DNA from: Ignavibacteria bacterium
Lineage (GTDB): Bacteria > Elusimicrobiota > Endomicrobiia > PHAN01
Direction of reading: 5' to 3'
DNA: 22,319 nucleotides
Assembly: GCA_041694835.1 (NCBI GenBank)
Contig: JBGFRZ010000006.1
Span: 1-22,319 of the forward strand
Below are positions 8,801 through 15,716 of the stretch, one piece after another. Position 1 is the first letter of the stretch. Each line of letters begins with the position of its first letter. The notes beneath the pieces are model-generated. The model was not told the DNA's origin, searched no databases, and saw only the letters and a list, made by a program, of their open reading frames with translations. The translations under genes and the position numbers were made by a program.

Positions 8801-9767
8801 CTAGAGAATCAATAATCAGGGGCTCTATTGCTCCATCTAATTCAGGAATACTTATGGTAATTGCCTGGCCCATACCTGCCATACTGCGGGGATTTGCCAG
8901 CCATTCTTTTTGTGAATAGTTGCTACCTATTCTTAAAGAAGAAGTGACAATGAGTAGTGTGTTTTTATCCTTTAAGTATTCCACTCCCTCGCCATATAAC
9001 CAGCGGGGAGGCATATTGAAATTGTAGATTACCACATCAGGATTTATTTTAGATAGTAGTTCTTTCTTTTTAGCCATTCCAAATATGCCCACTACATTTA
9101 CATTCTTTTTCTCAAATTGCCTTATTAGCTCATCGGCTACTGCAGTATCACCATTCTTCCAGTCGCCTACCGGGTCAATGATAATAGTAGGAGATTCGGG
9201 CTTAAATTTTCCTTCCTTCTTATACCAAGCAATATAATCCTCATATGAGGTAAATACATCTTTTGCTTGTGGATGATAAATCCCATCACCGGGTGTTGGT
9301 AAAGGAGATTCAACCTTACCTCTTTTTTGGCCTAATTTAACTGATACATATTTAAGAAAACGCTTGTAATTTTCTAATCCACCATATTCCCAATATTTAA
9401 AAAGCTCGGGATAGAGTTTAAGCTCTACATTAGAAACCATATTTTGATATTCAGGAGGTGGGCGCACACCAATAACCTTTACCTTGTTTTTCTTTGCCTT
9501 ATCTATGATGAGAATAATCTCTTCTATCGGAAATGGCGTGCCGTGGAGCTGGATAAAGGCTATCCTGCCTTTAATTCCTTGTTTAAGCATCTCTTGGTGT
9601 GTCATGGTAATAACTTTTATTCCTGTTTCCCTGCTTGCGCGATTTAGCATCTTAAGAGTTATACCGTCGTAACCAATAAAAGAAATTTGAGGGCCTGTAA
9701 GAATAAAAGAAACGGTGAGAATGCCTATTAAGAAAATCAGGGCTATAGCTAAATAAGTCCGTCTCAT
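5820..9767 (-). CDS. CobN/magnesium-chelatase H-family protein, membrane-anchored HmuS/BtuS-like type
   Basis: Family motifs PQPQRG, HYGTHGTLEFLPGKQ, GEALIAKRRS, HLTPP, LPTGKNL, RPRIDV, SGQYRD, NPKWIKGM, CSERVC. Hydrophobic N-terminal helix and C-terminal TM anchor (IGFSLLGFLVLLGAFLLVWHGF). No cobS/cobT or chlI/chlD in the window. Confidence 0.9.
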   Translation of the reverse strand: MRRTYLAIALIFLIGILTVSFILTGPQISFIGYDGITLKMLNRASRETGIKVITMTHQEMLKQGIKGRIAFIQLHGTPFPIEEIILIIDKAKKNKVKVIGVRPPPEYQNMVSNVELKLYPELFKYWEYGGLENYKRFLKYVSVKLGQKRGKVESPLPTPGDGIYHPQAKDVFTSYEDYIAWYKKEGKFKPESPTIIIDPVGDWKNGDTAVADELIRQFEKKNVNVVGIFGMAKKKELLSKINPDVVIYNFNMPPRWLYGEGVEYLKDKNTLLIVTSSLRIGSNYSQKEWLANPRSMAGMGQAITISIPELDGAIEPLIIDSLEDGAQGYKVRMPIAERVEKLVNRTLAWCSLRKMPNQDKKVAIIYFKAPGRGDFGGAGLDFAPSMTNLLIRMKKEGYSIENVPIPEELLKNLESSGRNIGTWAKGELDSLVKEGKVELVDADEFKQWLDEKISLENKEKLLKAFGEPPGEQMVYEIEGKKYFIIPKVSLGNVLLLPQPQRGRDQDDTLIHSDEVPPPYQYLAAYFWLEKKFKADAVIHYGTHGTLEFLPGKQVGLSGECWSDILIGDISNIYVYTIGNVGEALIAKRRSYAVIISHLTPPIVASELYGDFKTLHDTMYKYEEAEDAFKSAYQKVITNFVKKMKLDIDLKIAGLENRNLSDEEIKNLDNYIHRLEAEKIPKGLHIHGEVPATEELIPVILGMLGEKFIKELTNAKREGQWYGHEHGHEHGHELLEQAEDILTHLLIAGKTAEESLNEEAFRATPELLKSLSQAKDYLNRYQASSGEIDSVLKALEGGYILPGTGGDPVRNPDALPTGKNLYGVNPDEVPTKVAWEMGIRLVDSLLAKAVGETGRYPKKIGFNLWSTETVRHLGVTESQILYLLGVRPLWSSRNNVEDVELIPQEELKRPRIDVVIQASGQYRDIFPCRMELIDKAVRLASEAKDKDNYVFENTLKMEEELKQKGFSPKEAKELSKARIFGAPSGMYGTGLVGAIADKSGDWKDTKELSDGYLSRTGAVFTQGKWGQFVKGLYEAGLNNTEIVIHSRSSNLYGPMSLDHVFEYMGGMTMAIRNITGKDPKGYFADVRNISNIYMQDVQEALMQEARARFFNPKWIKGMKKHNFSGAGEITEMTKNLFGWQVTKPEIVKDYIWDETFRIYIEDKYKLGLPKWFDKENPHSFQNMVSLMLESARKGYWKVSEEYLKELVNIYARSIADHGAACSERVCANIALNEYVKENLNAPGNLVGIKLFNSYLASLNKVKEPVSKPGEVSGHKMEKSQKEWVKEEGKVIGFSLLGFLVLLGAFLLVWHGFHKKA
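7573..7604. repeat. 12-bp tandem repeat encoding GHEHGHEHGHE in the CobN-like protein
   Basis: TCATGTCCGTGC twice, then TCATGTCC. Confidence 0.85.
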
Positions 9768-10114
9768 TTTGCTATCTCCTTCTCTGTTTCCTCCGGAACA
9801 TAGATTACCTCCCCACTTTCCAGACGATAAGCAGTGCCTAATTTTACGCCCCTGCCTACACCTTTTTGATCCGTAGCTCTATATTTCTCTATCTTCTCGC
9901 CTTTTTTTATAATTATCTCCATCTGCGGGCTTCCTGGATTTTTTAGCAGAGTTAGATCTTCAGCAGATAAAAACTCACGAATTCCCATGTAAAAAACAAG
10001 CGCTACCATAAGGCAAACACTAAAAACCATAGCTGCATCAAAAAGATTGACTACTCCGCTAAGAGGGTCTTCTTGCAGGCTGTTATAGAGCAATCTTTTT
10101 TTATTTCGCTTCAA
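9764..10114 (-). CDS. DUF2149-family protein (HmuV-like)
   Basis: EDPLSGVVNLFDAAMVF...KNPG.P.MEIIIKKG..IEKY...G.G..LGTAYRLESGEVIYVPE. Likely TTG start at 10114 after SD AGGAGGTG. The stop overlaps the CobN-like start (ATGA). Confidence 0.88.
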   Translation of the reverse strand: MKRNKKRLLYNSLQEDPLSGVVNLFDAAMVFSVCLMVALVFYMGIREFLSAEDLTLLKNPGSPQMEIIIKKGEKIEKYRATDQKGVGRGVKLGTAYRLESGEVIYVPEETEKEIAK

Positions 10115-10172
10115 GTGACACCTCCTTTCCATTATCTACAGACCGCATTTATTTGATGAATATCCTTGTGTG

Positions 10173-11399
10173 CTAGGAATGAGAACTAATAATCTCAGAA
10201 AGATATTCAATATTATTTAACTCCTCTAAATACCATCTTCTTCGGACAATAGAGATAAAATAAGCGACTCCACCCACGGTCAAGCCAAGAACAGTAGTAG
10301 CAAAGGCAACTACCATCTGATTTGCCATCTCGCCAAGATTGCCCGCGGCTAGATTGGTTAAAGCCGGCCCCATTGGGATAAGAGTGCCCATTAGCCCAAG
10401 CATCGGGCCAATACGGGTTGCTAGAACCATCCTTTCTACACGATGTGACATGTCTAACTCTAAATCATCAATAATTTTTCTTATTTTTAATTTATTCCTT
10501 AAAGAGCCTCCTACCACATCCAGAAATTTTCCTAAATAACCGCTGATACACTTTCCTTTAAAAAATTCAAGAATTTCTTCTGGCACAGTTATTTTATTAT
10601 TTGACTCTTCAAATTCTTCTAAAATCTGCCAGCACTCTCTTACCTTTTTGACATTTTCTTCCCTTTCTAAATATTCAGAAAGATGTCTTCCTAATAGGAT
10701 TAAACTTAAACAGAAAAGTAAAATAAGAGCAATGGTGACCGGAATTAGATGAGCGTTGGAAATAAGATAAAGAATTTGTGTAAGGGTATGCATAATGCCT
10801 CCTCCTCTGTTTGGGATTGAATCTTGATTTGATAAAAGCAAGGGTAGAAAAAAAACCATAGTAATAAATAAAATTCCTAACATTATCATTAGCTTAGGAG
10901 ATATTTGCGTCCAGTGCTTTGACCTCAAGGCTAGAGTTAACAGTAAGCCCACTACAAAGAAGTAGGCTATAATGCAACCTACACTTATTCCAATATTACT
11001 TATACCAACAAGCACTTTTTGGAAATAGCTTATGGTTAAGGCTATAAATACTAAAGTAAATGGGCAAGGCAAAGTAATAAGTATAGAAAAATATTTTTCA
11101 TATCTATTAATGAAATGACTATTTTTCAGTTTCTCTAAACCAAAAACAGTCATTCCAATAGCAATAAGGACTTGTAAGCCTGCTATAAGAAATAGGGCAG
11201 GCGGTCTTAAAATAAAACTGGCCAATTCATTAAATGATACTCTTTCAACAAATAAACCAGTTATTATTCCAATGGCTATATAAAGTAAAAAGAAGAAGGG
11301 ATAGAAACAGTAATTTTTTTTAAGGCCGAAGATTCCTAAAGTTGCTTTGAGCGCTAAGATAATACCTGCTAAACTTATGAGCAATACTGTTGTGTTCAT
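10173..11399 (-). CDS. Fusion of a DUF2162-like multi-TM domain and a MotA/TolQ/ExbB proton-channel domain (HmuU-like)
   Basis: The N-terminal half is hydrophobic with LPCPF. The C-terminal half has RIGPMLGLMGTLIPMGPAL and VAFATTVLGL, typical of MotA-like proteins found beside CobN-like and DUF2149 genes. Internal SD plus in-frame ATG at 10793. Confidence 0.78.
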   Translation of the reverse strand: MNTTVLLISLAGIILALKATLGIFGLKKNYCFYPFFFLLYIAIGIITGLFVERVSFNELASFILRPPALFLIAGLQVLIAIGMTVFGLEKLKNSHFINRYEKYFSILITLPCPFTLVFIALTISYFQKVLVGISNIGISVGCIIAYFFVVGLLLTLALRSKHWTQISPKLMIMLGILFITMVFFLPLLLSNQDSIPNRGGGIMHTLTQILYLISNAHLIPVTIALILLFCLSLILLGRHLSEYLEREENVKKVRECWQILEEFEESNNKITVPEEILEFFKGKCISGYLGKFLDVVGGSLRNKLKIRKIIDDLELDMSHRVERMVLATRIGPMLGLMGTLIPMGPALTNLAAGNLGEMANQMVVAFATTVLGLTVGGVAYFISIVRRRWYLEELNNIEYLSEIISSHS

Positions 11400-11411
11400 A
11401 ATTCTTTCACC

Positions 11412-12077
11412 TTATCGTTTAATAAGGTAATAGGATATGGGCAATTCTATTACAATGTCCTTTCCAGCACCATGTCTGAGAGGACTCACCCTTTTAATTA
11501 GAGACATAGCATCTCTGTCCAATATGCCGTGACCTGATGAGCTCTTTATATGGACATTAATAAGTTCGCCCTTTTTATCAAACTCTATAATCATAACCAC
11601 TGTGCCCTCAATCCCCATTCTCTTTGCCGTGTCAGGGTATTTCTTTATGGCTTCAATTCTATTCCTTAACTCTACAATCCATGTGAAGTCAATTTCAGTG
11701 CGGATTTCTTTTATTTCCGGCACCGCCGGTATTGTCTCTGCGTGAACTGCTACTGCTGCATCAGTGATTGGTTTTTCTGCCACTTCTTCTGGTAATTCAT
11801 ATACATCATTTTTTACAACCTGTCTTTCAGGATGCTTTGGTATTTCGGGTGCCGGCACGGCTATTTTTGGGGTAGGTTTTTCCCTTTTCGCAATTGCCTG
11901 TTCTTTAATAGGCATCTCTTTTTTCTCTTCTACCACAGGTGAATACCTTATTTTGAATATCTTAATTGGCACAGCATCAGGTTTATCTACACTTATGTTC
12001 ATTGATAAAATTGCTGCATGAAAAATTAAAGAAAATAAAAAAGCAATATGCACAATGCTTATATTAACGCTTCTCAT
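11412..12077 (-). CDS. tonB: Energy transducer TonB
   Basis: N-terminal TM with S-x3-H (FSLIFHAA), Pro/Glu/Lys-rich linker, and TonB_C motif YPDTAKRMGIEGTV...SSGHGILD. Confidence 0.88.
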   Translation of the reverse strand: MRSVNISIVHIAFLFSLIFHAAILSMNISVDKPDAVPIKIFKIRYSPVVEEKKEMPIKEQAIAKREKPTPKIAVPAPEIPKHPERQVVKNDVYELPEEVAEKPITDAAVAVHAETIPAVPEIKEIRTEIDFTWIVELRNRIEAIKKYPDTAKRMGIEGTVVMIIEFDKKGELINVHIKSSSGHGILDRDAMSLIKRVSPLRHGAGKDIVIELPISYYLIKR

Positions 12078-12483
12078 CCCTTGCTCTCTTTTTCTCAGTG
12101 AGGATTGATATATTTTCAGCCCCTGCCTTTTTTGCTATATCCATAACCTCAACAACACTCCCGAATCGCACAGCTTTGTCTGAAATAAGTTGTAAGCCCC
12201 TGTTTGATGCACCGCTATAGAGGTTGGATAAGGCTGCATAAAGTTCAAGCAATGGAATTTCAATATCATTAAGCAGAACAGCGCCATTTTCCTTGATTGT
12301 TACAGAAACCTCCGGCTTATCCATTACCCTTGCGGTCTCTGACTCGGGGAGGTCAAGTGGTATGGATGGCCGGACAAAGATAGATGTGAGTAAAAAAAAG
12401 ATAAGCAGCAAAAAAACCACATCTATCAACGACGTTAAATCCACGCCCCTTTTCTCTGATAAGTGTTCATCAAACTCTATCAT
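12064..12483 (-). CDS. exbD: Biopolymer transport protein ExbD/TolR
   Basis: DLTSLIDVVFLLLIFFLLTS, LDLP, and D..V.FG.VVEVMD.AK.AG. Confidence 0.92.
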   Translation of the reverse strand: MIEFDEHLSEKRGVDLTSLIDVVFLLLIFFLLTSIFVRPSIPLDLPESETARVMDKPEVSVTIKENGAVLLNDIEIPLLELYAALSNLYSGASNRGLQLISDKAVRFGSVVEVMDIAKKAGAENISILTEKKRARDEKR

Positions 12484-13088
12484 TTACTAGCACCTCCGAG
12501 CAACCTTACTGTTTCTGCCCCGTAATGTTTCATCAGAAAGGCAAAATTCTTGACTTTGTCTTCAAATATGTGATGAAGGATAAGGGCTGGTATTGCCACA
12601 GATAACCCTGCTACTGTGGTTATAAGAGCCTCCCATATCCCGCCTGCAAGGACAGATGGATTAACAGGACCTTGCACTACCGCAATATTGTGAAATGCTT
12701 TTGCCATGCCGATAACAGTGCCTAAAAGTCCAAGCAGGGGAGTTATGCGGCCTGTAAGTTCAAGGATATGAAGGTTCTTGTTAAGTTTTTTGATTTCAGC
12801 GGAACCCTTTAAAGATATTGCCTCTTCTATAGCTAGTTGCGTCTCTTTTTTATGTTGCAGTGCCTCGGCAATAACAGCCGACACAGGACCTGGCGTCTCT
12901 TTTGCCAATGCATGCGCCTCATCGTATTTCCCTTCTTCAATGAGCGATTTGATTTTTGATAATGTTCCGTTTCTACTTCTTGCCCTTATGTAATGGAACG
13001 CCCTCTCCAGACCAAAGGTAAGGGTAAGTATTGAGCCTGCTAAAATGGGATACATCAATAGCCCGCCTTTATAAAAGAATTCGAGCAT
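12480..13088 (-). CDS. exbB: Biopolymer transport protein ExbB
   Basis: GG.LMYPI, PLLGLLGTVIGM..AF, LAGGIWEALITTVAGL.VAIPA. SD AGGAG at 13095-13099. Confidence 0.92.
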   Translation of the reverse strand: MLEFFYKGGLLMYPILAGSILTLTFGLERAFHYIRARSRNGTLSKIKSLIEEGKYDEAHALAKETPGPVSAVIAEALQHKKETQLAIEEAISLKGSAEIKKLNKNLHILELTGRITPLLGLLGTVIGMAKAFHNIAVVQGPVNPSVLAGGIWEALITTVAGLSVAIPALILHHIFEDKVKNFAFLMKHYGAETVRLLGGASK

Positions 13089-13100
13089 TTTTTTCTCCTA

Positions 13101-13115
13101 TGAAATCCTATTTCA
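13101..13115. promoter_or_regulatory. Candidate Fur-type box next to the exbB RBS
   Basis: TGAAATC-C-TATTTCA inside the perfect palindrome ATGAAAT-cct-ATTTCAT. Matches the 13461 box at 12/15 and the 13948 box at 11/15. Confidence 0.5.
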
Positions 13116-13264
13116 TCTCCCACTGAATTGGGGGACTTAATGATTGAATTTGCTCATTGCCGCTGGGTCTGGAACCCGTGTATTGCGCAAATTTATTTTA
13201 TTTCCTATTGATAAAAATCTTAAGCAGCAAATCTATCTGAAGTTTTCAAATGTATGGTGTCTTT

Positions 13265-13309
13265 AATAACCGAACATTTGTTCGGGGCGAACACTTGTTC
13301 GCGGTTATT
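13265..13309. repeat. Double palindrome (REP doublet-like, or two GAAC-N4-GTTC LexA-like boxes)
   Basis: CGAACATTTGTTCG (13271-13284) and CGAACACTTGTTCG (13288-13301), enclosed by AATAACC/GGTTATT. Confidence 0.65.
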
Positions 13310-13460
13310 TTGTTACCAGTGCAGATTGAGAGCGGAATTTGTGTTCGAACCTTACTGCTCACTTTTTGCCGTTGTGCCGTATAATCCGATTTTGCTGACA
13401 TTGTTGCGAGGGGAACGATTTCTTGACACAACCCATTTTATTATAATGGAATAATGGATA

Positions 13461-13475
13461 TGAAATTCAATATCA
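13461..13475. promoter_or_regulatory. Fur-type 7-1-7 box upstream of the exbB operon
   Basis: TGAAATT-C-AATATCA, 14/15 identical to the palindrome at the fur promoter. A minus-strand TATAAT lies at 13440-13445. Confidence 0.65.
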
Positions 13476-13496
13476 AAATCATAGAAACAAAAAAAA

Positions 13497-13931
13497 TTAA
13501 AACTCCTTTCGCCTACATTTATTACAAACACCGTATATGGCAAGCACGTGGCTTGTGGGGGAAAACTTGAATTTTTTCGCTATTTGAGTTTGGATATTTT
13601 CAATCTTTTCATCGCTAAATTCGGAAGCTTTTCCACAGACCGTGCAAATAAGATGGTCGTGATGGGAATGTTTGTATTTGTGCTCGTACCTGGTATAACC
13701 GTCAAATTTTATTTCACTCGCCAACTGCGCTTCCTTTAGCAATTTAAGGGTTCTATATACTGTAGCCCATCCGAATTTTGGATATATTTTTCTTATTTCA
13801 TAATACAATTCATGGGGGTTAAGATGTTTTTCATGTTTCAAGAAAAATTCGAGAAGTTTCATCCTCTGAGAAGTTATTTTTTTTTGGTGTTGTTTTAAAT
13901 AGTTGATAAGAATTTGTTTTTCTTTTAGCAT
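13497..13931 (-). CDS. fur: Fur-family transcriptional repressor
   Basis: ITSQR, ATVYRTLKLL helix-turn-helix, HHDHLICTVCG, C-terminal CNKC. Confidence 0.9.
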   Translation of the reverse strand: MLKEKQILINYLKQHQKKITSQRMKLLEFFLKHEKHLNPHELYYEIRKIYPKFGWATVYRTLKLLKEAQLASEIKFDGYTRYEHKYKHSHHDHLICTVCGKASEFSDEKIENIQTQIAKKFKFSPTSHVLAIYGVCNKCRRKEF

Positions 13932-13947
13932 ATTATATTATAGAATT

Positions 13948-13962
13948 TGATATTCAATATCA
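13948..13962. promoter_or_regulatory. Fur-type operator (autoregulatory), perfect 7-1-7 palindrome
   Basis: TGATATT-C-AATATCA (canonical is TGATAAT-N-ATTATCA), overlapping the -10/+1 region of the fur promoter. Confidence 0.8.
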
Positions 13963-13990
13963 TTATATAAAAAAAACAACTATTTGTCAA
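13962..13990 (-). promoter_or_regulatory. sigma70 promoter of fur
   Basis: Minus strand TTGACA-AATAGTTGTTTTTTTTA (17 nt)-TATAAT, a perfect consensus. Confidence 0.88.
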
Positions 13991-14174
13991 GTTGTGTGAA
14001 TCCGATGATTCGACCTGGTTTTTAAAAAATATTTTTGATGACGGAAACAGTCGTTGCAGACACGATATTTTTAATTCATGTTTACTAAAAAAAATAATTG
14101 TCGCCTTAAGGCATGTAGTTCTGGAACGGGATACTGCACAGAAGAGTAAAAGTTGTGCGTCAAATATTTTATGG

Positions 14175-15698
14175 TCATATTCGCATTATTTTGAGGGATT
14201 TTTTGATTATTTGGGAAAGTTCTTCGCTTTCGCCTTTTCCGACTTTTATAAGAAAGTTGGCTATGCTCATATATGAGCGCATCTTGAAAAAAGATATAAG
14301 ACGCTCCCGGTTTTTCCACGCGGTTTTTTTTATGCGAACTCGCAACGCTCCAAAATACGCCGCCGTGAAATCTTCTTCGCGATAAAGACGCCGTACTTCT
14401 TCCACACCGAAAAACTGATTTTCAAACTGAGCCCAAAAATATCCGACATCAAAAGCCGGCAAATGCACTGACGCACTTGCGAAATCTATCACGGAAACAA
14501 AGAGAGTGGAAATGTCGTGGGATATGTCTTGTCCGATGATTATATTTTTGGGATGGTAGTCGCCATGGCAGAGAACGCAGAGAGTATCGGAAGCAATCAT
14601 TTTTTTTTCGTTATGGATGAGATAGGTGATTATTTTCCGAGCGTCATCCGTGTGCGGACTTTTCGTGGAAACAAACGATTTTTCATATCGCTCAAGTCGT
14701 TGAATTTCACGCTCAAGAGTTTTTGCACGGTCGCCCGCAATGATTTTATGAAGCTTTACGGAATGAAATTTTGCAAGCCACGCGCCAGCGAGTTGCAGAT
14801 ATTTTTTCCCGACATCGGGTGAAGAATTGCGGATTACCTCATAAAGGTTTTTACCGCGTTGTCCTTCTTCTATTATTATTTTTTCCGATTGTCGTATGTC
14901 GAGCGTTGCCGGGACCCTGAAAGTTCCCGACGAAAATCCTTTCTCACGCGCCGCACCTGAGATTTCCGCCGCTGAAATGGATTTTTTGAATTGTTTGTCC
15001 ACGTCGAAAGATTTTAATATTATCCGTCTGCGATATTCGTCAGGGCCTTTTGTACCTATGGTTATTTCGGTGACGGTGACATTGCCGCCGGATTTCGGTA
15101 TCTCTTTGAAAAACGGCCTTACTCTGCGGTTCTTTATCTCGCGAGCGATTTCTTCGACGCTTGTAACAGGATGGTCAAATATAGTTGGATATATCCCAGC
15201 CGTTTCTATGGAGTGTGCATCGGATCCGGCTACAGCGGTGAATTTAAGTCGATGCCACGTTGCGATGGCAGAGTAGTTTTCCGTGACGGAATGATTGGAG
15301 TTGAAAATCTCAATGGCGTCAAAATCCGACGATAAAAGCAGAGCGTCATTGGGGATTAAACCTTTTCTGAACGGATGGGCGAGTACAATTGCCGCATCCG
15401 GAAAACTTTCTCTGATAGCTGCTATTCGCACATGCCCGTCTATGGTTTTATCGGCGCCGTAGACAATAACATGACCCTTTTCGGTTTCGATTTCTTGAGC
15501 GGCCAATATGACAAAATTTCTTTCCGCTCCGCTTGTCGTCCGCAACTCGTCTATTTCGTGAGGAGTCCACAAGTAATGATGTTCGGTGATGAGCACTCCC
15601 TGAAGTTTTTGGGCGCTCACGCGCCGCACCAAAGCCACGGGGTCGATTCGGCTGCATGGAGAGTATTTTTTTGTGTGCGCGTGTATTTCAAGAAGCAT
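14175..15698 (-). CDS. PHP phosphoesterase domain fused to an APH/choline-kinase-like phosphotransferase domain
   Basis: N-terminal EIHAHT, ITEH, AHPFR, DAIE, GSDAH (PHP). C-terminal LAKFH, CHGDYHPKNI, IDF (APH fold). SD GAGGA upstream. Confidence 0.85.
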   Translation of the reverse strand: MLLEIHAHTKKYSPCSRIDPVALVRRVSAQKLQGVLITEHHYLWTPHEIDELRTTSGAERNFVILAAQEIETEKGHVIVYGADKTIDGHVRIAAIRESFPDAAIVLAHPFRKGLIPNDALLLSSDFDAIEIFNSNHSVTENYSAIATWHRLKFTAVAGSDAHSIETAGIYPTIFDHPVTSVEEIAREIKNRRVRPFFKEIPKSGGNVTVTEITIGTKGPDEYRRRIILKSFDVDKQFKKSISAAEISGAAREKGFSSGTFRVPATLDIRQSEKIIIEEGQRGKNLYEVIRNSSPDVGKKYLQLAGAWLAKFHSVKLHKIIAGDRAKTLEREIQRLERYEKSFVSTKSPHTDDARKIITYLIHNEKKMIASDTLCVLCHGDYHPKNIIIGQDISHDISTLFVSVIDFASASVHLPAFDVGYFWAQFENQFFGVEEVRRLYREEDFTAAYFGALRVRIKKTAWKNRERLISFFKMRSYMSIANFLIKVGKGESEELSQIIKKSLKIMRI

Positions 15699-15716
15699 TT
15701 GTCCTCATCGGTTGTT

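Noticed and set aside
5820-9767. Call as canonical cobN for B12 biosynthesis
   Set aside because: It has terminal TM segments, there are no cobS/cobT or other cob genes in the window, and the context is heme/iron uptake.
13423-13447. Plus-strand TTGACA...TATAAT promoter
   Set aside because: The spacer is only 13 nt and it points antisense into the end of fur.
13090-13496. Cobalamin riboswitch expected upstream of a TonB/CobN cluster
   Set aside because: No B12-box or GGGAA/GCCACTG core arrangement on the minus strand; Fur-type boxes are present instead.
13246-14385. Short ORFs around fur, e.g. 13246-13431, 13254-13454, 13352-13543, 13992-14276, 14071-14319
   Set aside because: No motifs or convincing SD; they overlap regulatory DNA or real genes.
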